Source of the DNA: Candidatus Multivoradales bacterium | GTDB taxonomy: Bacteria > Acidobacteriota > Thermoanaerobaculia > Multivoradales > J023 | NCBI GenBank assembly: GCA_965248925.1 | Contig: CBDFLE010000006.1 | Coordinates: 864,001-928,000 of the forward strand | Direction of reading: 5' to 3' | Length of the DNA stretch: 64,000 nucleotides | Part shown: in pieces, positions 60,101-64,000 of the stretch | Layout: each line of letters opens with the position of its first letter | How positions within the stretch are numbered: position 1 is the first letter of the stretch | Made by a program: the position numbers and the translations under genes | The notes under the pieces: generated by a model | What the model was told of the DNA's origin: nothing | The model's database searches: none | Seen by the model: only the letters and a program-made list of their open reading frames with translations

Positions 60101-60455
60101 CGACCTGAACTTGGCCGCCCAAAATCTCAAATCCCTGCTCTCAGAAACCGGTGCTGAAGTGAGCTTGCCGATCAGCTACAGCTGGGGGGTACTGCAACCC
60201 ATACTCCGCGGTTCCTACCTGCACGAATTCGAAGACAACAGCCGGCTGATCCGCGGCAGCTTCTCCCAAGACCTATCAGGCAACGAATTCGTCATCGCCA
60301 CCGACGCTCCCGACCGCGACTTCTTCAACTTCGCGGCCGGCCTGTCGGCGATCCTCCCCCATGGCCGGACCTTGTACCTGATCTACGACACCGATCTCGA
60401 GCGGGATGACTTGCGGCTCTACACCTTGACAGCAGGAGCACGGTTGCAATTCTGA
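54141..60455 (+). CDS. Large autotransporter adhesin with ~13 Calx-beta repeats
   Basis: Repeated EGD.G...DGSA...DY...GD..E.DETF...I.NDD units, an Ig-like domain, and a C-terminal beta-barrel (WGVFVNG...GARLQF). Confidence 0.9.
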   Translation: MLDLLAPGIQHSTITRPTSATDNSRWLTAIATATALLASLAGSAAEGQTYDLQFTPMGGTVSEAAGFLQVSVSLIGCTNPQANLSITAQVVKLQNEAEASDVGNPSPSPFILGRDNALQVITVPIFQDNILEGDELFNLRIGKSTLAEISLMPCDEGNLSLGSATYQATFTIIDDDLRQVSIDDVVLVEGDSGATSSAVFTVTMTQPTQLAADIAGPWTVTYATTDSSARVADGDYQSASGQLAFGSNDLTATITVLLNGDDKFEPDETYFVDLLGASGTGVQIIDSRGRGSINNDDPQPLVSIADITLSEGDAGTTNANLTVTLSSPTANNVTVQYTTLDGSATVASGDYQAASGTVIFDADTAQLTRSLTVLVNGDNELEGDEEFIVRLTSSTHAGISLADATVTLTNDDVAVMPGISIGDMQIVEGDSGEQNLVFTVNLEEPTTLPVSVDYITESLTASPGSDYNPETDNLTIPPGSPSGEILVRVFGDTDIESDETFAVRLSNPVNGIFRSAGANVAIGTILNDDNAPPFVSIADLTMNEGDSGSTDFVFIVTLSEAAGSVVDVNWMPSDGSAIRGEDYTSPFDRKLPFPPGSTSQTLTVMVFGDTDFEGDETFNITLVNPTGVQIADGDAVGTILNDDSPIVPDMSIEDLVVVEGNSGSTTAVFNVLLSEATTELISADWGTTRGAGTATEDVDYGVTGGMVTFDPGDVAKTVEVEIFGDTTVEDDETFLVKLSDAPGFVIVGGNATCTILNDDNEPPFVSILDADSDEGDQGTTRVELTVTLSEALPADLLIGYSLQPNTADDSDYLDPGAQTLTIPSGSLSAPLPVDIRGDTEIEEDESFTVMLDSIPATAQLADGEGRVTIRNDDQLTPPPAAQVTISDLTLTEGDQGTTNAVFTVTVTSSEAQTVSVDYTTEDGSAQAADQDYRPAAGKLVFSNVDSSAAQAISVEVIGDQRLEDDEDFFVQLSGAGLDFTRARARATLSNDDQGALPALSISDLTLAEGDSGNTSIQLMVSLSTAAAGPVEVSYATRDGSANAPGDYPSRSGRLSFPTGSLSQPIELSAVGDSDVEMDETFFVDLANPSAATLADGSGQVTLTNDDSGPLPELTIGDMEVVEGDQGNTNAVFQLTLSTAGSSPVTVSYGTTDGSASEADGDYLSASGQLTFDIGQTSQAITVQVVGDRRLEGDENFFVDLSAISGASLMDSRGRGRILNDDQGQLPSLTVADATLQEGDSGSSNATFRISLSAAVNTQVAVDIATQDGSASTADGDYQALSRRLVFQPGQLQIDVAVQVFGDERVENDETFTVLLTNPAGATLSDDSASGTIFNDDAFTVPSISIADRALKEGDSGSTAVELRVQLSAPSGRAVQVDFATRDGSATANDDYRPTSGRLNFAPGQVQRELTVEVLGDTTEEPDESFSIVLSNPLAGLLSDATGRVHITNDDVALGRLRLLPPANTQEAAGEAVIEVERFGPPGRAVEVTVTASPGSAEDGSDFAARAQVLSWPAGELGIRQFRFPLVDDSIEEGDETIRIELSKPVDATIDEPGMMELIVIDDDTPMTIEPISEPQTTATVGDLLELRARVSREDGRPVEGALVDWSIAGEAEISGDPTTLSDSAGEVSQSIKIGSRPDQIVVTATVRGTEASALFELTAEGDLAEVTGNPGGGDGDTIADVLDETCPGASGELGELCDYVFDLDNVDQVELIDQITPDDELEAQATATLDAPQVQLRNVLARLNALRGGTRETIDQLAFDNRGQGLNPAALRIAMTSGSDLDQLRQQIDAALVAGQGELLAEPRGGAASADPASDPSTEDESPWGVFVNGRVSFGKRPQRGQDPGFDIEVQGLTAGADYRFGKGVLGAAVGFFATDSQLAQGGGSLKADGWALSVYASHFAQHFYLDGVVTYGWSDYELERNILLPHPFRGQRRFIARGTPAASQLAATLGAGYDFTLSSTRLTGFARLSWVDADIDGYSELGAGPFDLNLAAQNLKSLLSETGAEVSLPISYSWGVLQPILRGSYLHEFEDNSRLIRGSFSQDLSGNEFVIATDAPDRDFFNFAAGLSAILPHGRTLYLIYDTDLERDDLRLYTLTAGARLQF

Positions 60456-60529
60456 AGTGCTCTTCCTTGAAGAGGGTGGCACCCCTTGCGGCTGGCCCAT
60501 CTCGACGATGTCGAGGACCAGCATCGCCT

Positions 60530-60874
60530 TCAACTCTCGTCCGCGATCCGCAGCGCCGTGGATCGAGTTGCCGGGTCGAGCCAGAATCCCAGTGCTTGAA
60601 GCTGACCCAGGATCGGTTGTACCGCGTCCAAGTGCCCCTCGGCCTTTGCCTTCAGCAGCACGCCGAGTGTGCCGGTGAATGGAATCTTCAAGTGCCTGGC
60701 AAAGTGCCGCGCAAGTCCGTCGTCGAGCACGGCGAGCACGTCCGATCGACCGGCGGCCAGCGACAGCACTTCTCGTTCGCCTTGGCCCAGATCAGCAACC
60801 AGCGGCAGGATGTCCAGATGAGGAGCGGGCCGAACCCTCAGCCAATCCAACTGATCGAGATTGGGCAGCGACAC
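60530..60874 (-). pseudogene. DUF3368 PIN-like toxin fragment lacking its N-terminus
   Basis: DLGQGEREVL, LDDGLAR, GTLGVLLKAK and GFWL typical of DUF3368. The N-terminal strand and antitoxin partner are missing. Confidence 0.7.
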
Positions 60875-61222
60875 CCCTTGCGCGATGGCAGAGGCTCGTC
60901 GGAGATGTAGATTCCCTCCAGAAGAGCGCGGATCATGAGCCGATCTTGCCCTATGAAGATCTCGCCGACAAGAGTTATGCGCTGGCGCCTATGGGTCGCA
61001 ACTCACTGATTCTACTGGCGGACGGAGTATCGGCGAGGGACAGCCCCTCACTGAATATCCGTGCACGGCATTTTCCTAGGGAGAGGGTGCTTACAAGTTG
61101 GCCGCCGCCATGGGAGAATCAACCTTTGCTCAAGCGTGCCATTGGTTGTCGAGGGTTCCGTTTGGCTGAGCTTTCGTGATGTCGAAGATCTGCTCACAGT
61201 GCGGGGGGCGGGGAGTCTCCGA

Positions 61223-64000
61223 GTGATCCTGCCGCTCGGCTATGATCTGGTGTCGGTCGTGCGCCAGGGAGCTTTGCGCGCGGTCTGCCGGGCTCGCGAG
61301 GTGGCGAGCGGTGAGCTGGTCATCATCAAATCCTTGCTCGATAGCCGCGCGAGCAGCCAGGCTCTGGCGCTTCTGCGTCACGAGTATCGGATCCTGAGCC
61401 GGTTGGATTTGCCGGGATTCGCCCGTGTGCGTGACCTGCTTTACCACGACGGGCGCCCCCATCTGGTGATGGACGATCTGGGCGGACTGTCGCTCAGCGC
61501 CTGGATGGAGGCGAACCGTCCCGATCTGGCCCAGTTTTTTCGCATCGCTCGATCGGTGACCGAGAGACTATCCCACCTGCACGGGGCGCAGGTGATCCAC
61601 AAGAACATCAATCCGCACCATATCGTCGTCCACCACGATAGCCTGACCACCCACTTGGTCGACCTCAGCATCTCTTCGCGCCTGCACAACGAGATCCAGA
61701 AGTACACCAGCCCGAGCGTCCTGGAGGGCGCGCTGCCCTACATCTCTCCGGAGCAGACTGGCAGAACGAATCGAGCGATCGACCGTCGCACCGACCTCTA
61801 TTCCCTAGGGATCACCTTCTATCAGCTCCTCACCGGTCACCTACCCTTCGACGCCGGTGACGATCTGGAGTGGGTCCACTGTCACATCGCCCTGACCCCG
61901 CCTGCCCTGCGGGAGGCCTGGCCGGACTGCCCCCTCGCCCTCGGAGAGGTGGTGATGAAACTCCTCGCCAAGGCTGCCGAGGATCGGTACCAGAGCGCGG
62001 ACGGCCTGCTGCGCGATCTCGTCGTTTGCGAGGGCATGGCCCATGGCGAGGACGACGGTTTCGTTCCAGGTCGCTGGGACCGCTCGGAGCAGTTTCATCT
62101 GCCGCAGACGCTCTACGGCCGGCAAGCCCAGGTCACAACCCTGCTCGATGCCTTCGAACTCGTCAGCGAGGGGGCGACGGCGATGATGCTGGTCACCGGT
62201 CACCCGGGGGTCGGAAAGACCTCGCTGATCGGCGAGATTCACCAGCCGATCGTCCGTCACCGGGGCTACTTCATCTCCGGCAAGTTCGATCAGTACAAGC
62301 GGGACATCCCCTACGCCTCCTTGATCCAGGCTTTCCGTGAGCTGGTTCGGCTGCTGCTCACGGAGAGCGAGGAAGCACTCCGGGCCTGGCAGCAACGGAT
62401 CATCGACGCCTTGGGTGAGAATGCCCAGGTCATCGTCGACGTGCTACCCGACGTCGCCCTGATCATCGGCGACCGGCCGCCAGCGCCAGTGCTGGACTCC
62501 GCCGAGGCCGACAACCGCCTCAATCGCGTCCTGCAAGACTTTGTGCGGATTTTCGCCAGCCCCCGACATCCGCTGGCGATCTTCCTCGATGACCTGCAGT
62601 GGGCCGACTCGGCGACGCTCAAGCTGCTCCACCTGCTATGTACGGACTCGGCCAGCAGTCATGTGTTCTTGATCGGCGCCTACCGGGACAACGAGGTCGA
62701 CGCCGCCCACCCCCTCAGCCTGACCCTCAAGCGCATCGAAGAAAGTGGGGCGAGGCTCGAATCGATCCACCTCGAACCCCTCGACCTTTGTGACGTCGAG
62801 CGCTTCGTCGTCGACACCCTGCGCCAGAAAGCCGGCGACACCGCCCGCCTGGCCCACTTCGTCTACGAGCGCACCCTGGGCAACCCGTTCTTCGTCGGCC
62901 AGCTCCTGCGGGAGCTACATTCGTCCCACTTGCTGGTCTTCGACCCGGCCGCGGACGGATGGACTTGGGATCTCGAACGGATCCGGACCGTCGGATTCAC
63001 CGACAACGTGGTCGAGCTGATGGCGGAAAAGATTCAGCGTTTGGCCAAGCCGAGCCGGGACATGCTGACCCTCGCCGCCTGCATCGGCAGTACGTTCGAC
63101 TTCGAAACTCTGTCCATCGTAGCGGCGCGGTCCGTCAATGAGGTCATGACAGGGCTCTGGCCGGTCCTCCAGAATGGGCTGATCTTGCCGCTCGACGACG
63201 CCTCCAAAGTGCTGCGCCGGGGCGGTGGGAATCCCGACTTTTCCGATGCCGACGGCGTCGCGGCAATCTCCTGCCGTTTCGTCCACGATCGCGTCCGTCA
63301 AGCGGCCTATTCGCTGCTCGGCGAGGGCCAGAGGCACCGGGTGCATCTGCAAGTCGGCCGTCGATTGTTGGAGACGGTCGGGGCGGCGGAAGGCCGACTC
63401 TTCGACATCGTCAATCACGTCAACCTCGGCGCCGAGCTGGTCGACCGACCGCAGGACCGGCTGTTGATGGCCCAGCTCAACCTGTCGGCGGGCATCAAGG
63501 CGAAGAACTCCACGGCCTACGATTCGGGACTGGCCTACCTGCGCGCGGGCATTCAATTCTTGCCGGCTTCAGCCTGGGAGACGGCCTACGATCTGGCCTT
63601 CGAACTCTACAAGACCGAAACGGAATGCGCCTACTTGCTGGGTGACTTCGACCAAGCCGAGGACCTCTCCGGCATGCTCCTCCGCCGATCCCGCGACCGG
63701 CACGAGAAATCCCAGATCTACAATCTCCGGATCGCCTTCTACTCGAGTGTCGGGCGCTTCAAGGACTCCATCGCCGCGGGGATCGAGGGCCTCGAGCTGT
63801 ACGGTATTCACCTGAGCGACGAGGCTGGCAATCTGCGCGATGCCATCGAGCGCGAGCTGGCCGAAATTCAACGCCGGATCGGAGATCGCCAGCTGACCGA
63901 GTTGCTCGACCTGCCGCTGATGACGGATCAGGCGGTGGCAGACTGCATGCGGCTGATGATGAATCTGACTACCCAGACCTATATCGCCGACCAGGAGAGG
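61223..64000 (+). CDS. Ser/Thr kinase-like + AAA ATPase multidomain sensor (HstK-like), runs off the right edge
   Basis: Not in the ORF track. GTG after GGGAG gives MILPLGYDLV. Motifs HKNINP, YISPEQTGR, DLYSLG, LYGR, GHPGVGKT, FLDDLQWAD and GNPFF, then TPR-like helices. Confidence 0.88.
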   Translation, partial: MILPLGYDLVSVVRQGALRAVCRAREVASGELVIIKSLLDSRASSQALALLRHEYRILSRLDLPGFARVRDLLYHDGRPHLVMDDLGGLSLSAWMEANRPDLAQFFRIARSVTERLSHLHGAQVIHKNINPHHIVVHHDSLTTHLVDLSISSRLHNEIQKYTSPSVLEGALPYISPEQTGRTNRAIDRRTDLYSLGITFYQLLTGHLPFDAGDDLEWVHCHIALTPPALREAWPDCPLALGEVVMKLLAKAAEDRYQSADGLLRDLVVCEGMAHGEDDGFVPGRWDRSEQFHLPQTLYGRQAQVTTLLDAFELVSEGATAMMLVTGHPGVGKTSLIGEIHQPIVRHRGYFISGKFDQYKRDIPYASLIQAFRELVRLLLTESEEALRAWQQRIIDALGENAQVIVDVLPDVALIIGDRPPAPVLDSAEADNRLNRVLQDFVRIFASPRHPLAIFLDDLQWADSATLKLLHLLCTDSASSHVFLIGAYRDNEVDAAHPLSLTLKRIEESGARLESIHLEPLDLCDVERFVVDTLRQKAGDTARLAHFVYERTLGNPFFVGQLLRELHSSHLLVFDPAADGWTWDLERIRTVGFTDNVVELMAEKIQRLAKPSRDMLTLAACIGSTFDFETLSIVAARSVNEVMTGLWPVLQNGLILPLDDASKVLRRGGGNPDFSDADGVAAISCRFVHDRVRQAAYSLLGEGQRHRVHLQVGRRLLETVGAAEGRLFDIVNHVNLGAELVDRPQDRLLMAQLNLSAGIKAKNSTAYDSGLAYLRAGIQFLPASAWETAYDLAFELYKTETECAYLLGDFDQAEDLSGMLLRRSRDRHEKSQIYNLRIAFYSSVGRFKDSIAAGIEGLELYGIHLSDEAGNLRDAIERELAEIQRRIGDRQLTELLDLPLMTDQAVADCMRLMMNLTTQTYIADQER

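Overview
GC-rich bacterial chromosome segment. The gene style (IF.GDFE.GD C-terminal motif, IPTL-CTERM protein, TIGR02999-type ECF remnant) suggests Acidobacteriota/Thermoanaerobaculia, which is an inference. Left to right it holds: the start of a class I DISARM-like defence locus (drmD helicase and drmMI-type adenine methyltransferase, running off the left edge); pyrE; a TPR plus secreted-protein pair; an epimerase and an aminotransferase; an intergenic DnaA-box cluster; arcA-argF-adenylate cyclase-ITPase; purB, rlpA, ddl, serA, a class V aminotransferase, a NamZ-like gene and moaC; a ~5.3 kb mobile island between ~185-bp direct repeats (RAYT-like HUH transposase with REP-like repeats, a secreted Cys/His-tailed protein, and a frameshifted IS with 20-bp terminal inverted repeats and three internal palindromes); a GT2, HU, rsmB, fmt, ftsK; an S8 protease and an IPTL-CTERM protein; ksgA; a complete moxR-DUF58-batA-E operon; a secreted SEL1 caspase-like protein lacking its catalytic Cys next to a 2104-aa Calx-beta autotransporter; and the start of a kinase-AAA ATPase sensor running off the right edge. 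Several intergenic gaps hold gene remnants (ECF sigma, HEPN toxin, PIN toxin). I found no tRNA, rRNA or CRISPR array. All family calls come from motif recognition by eye, not from database searches.
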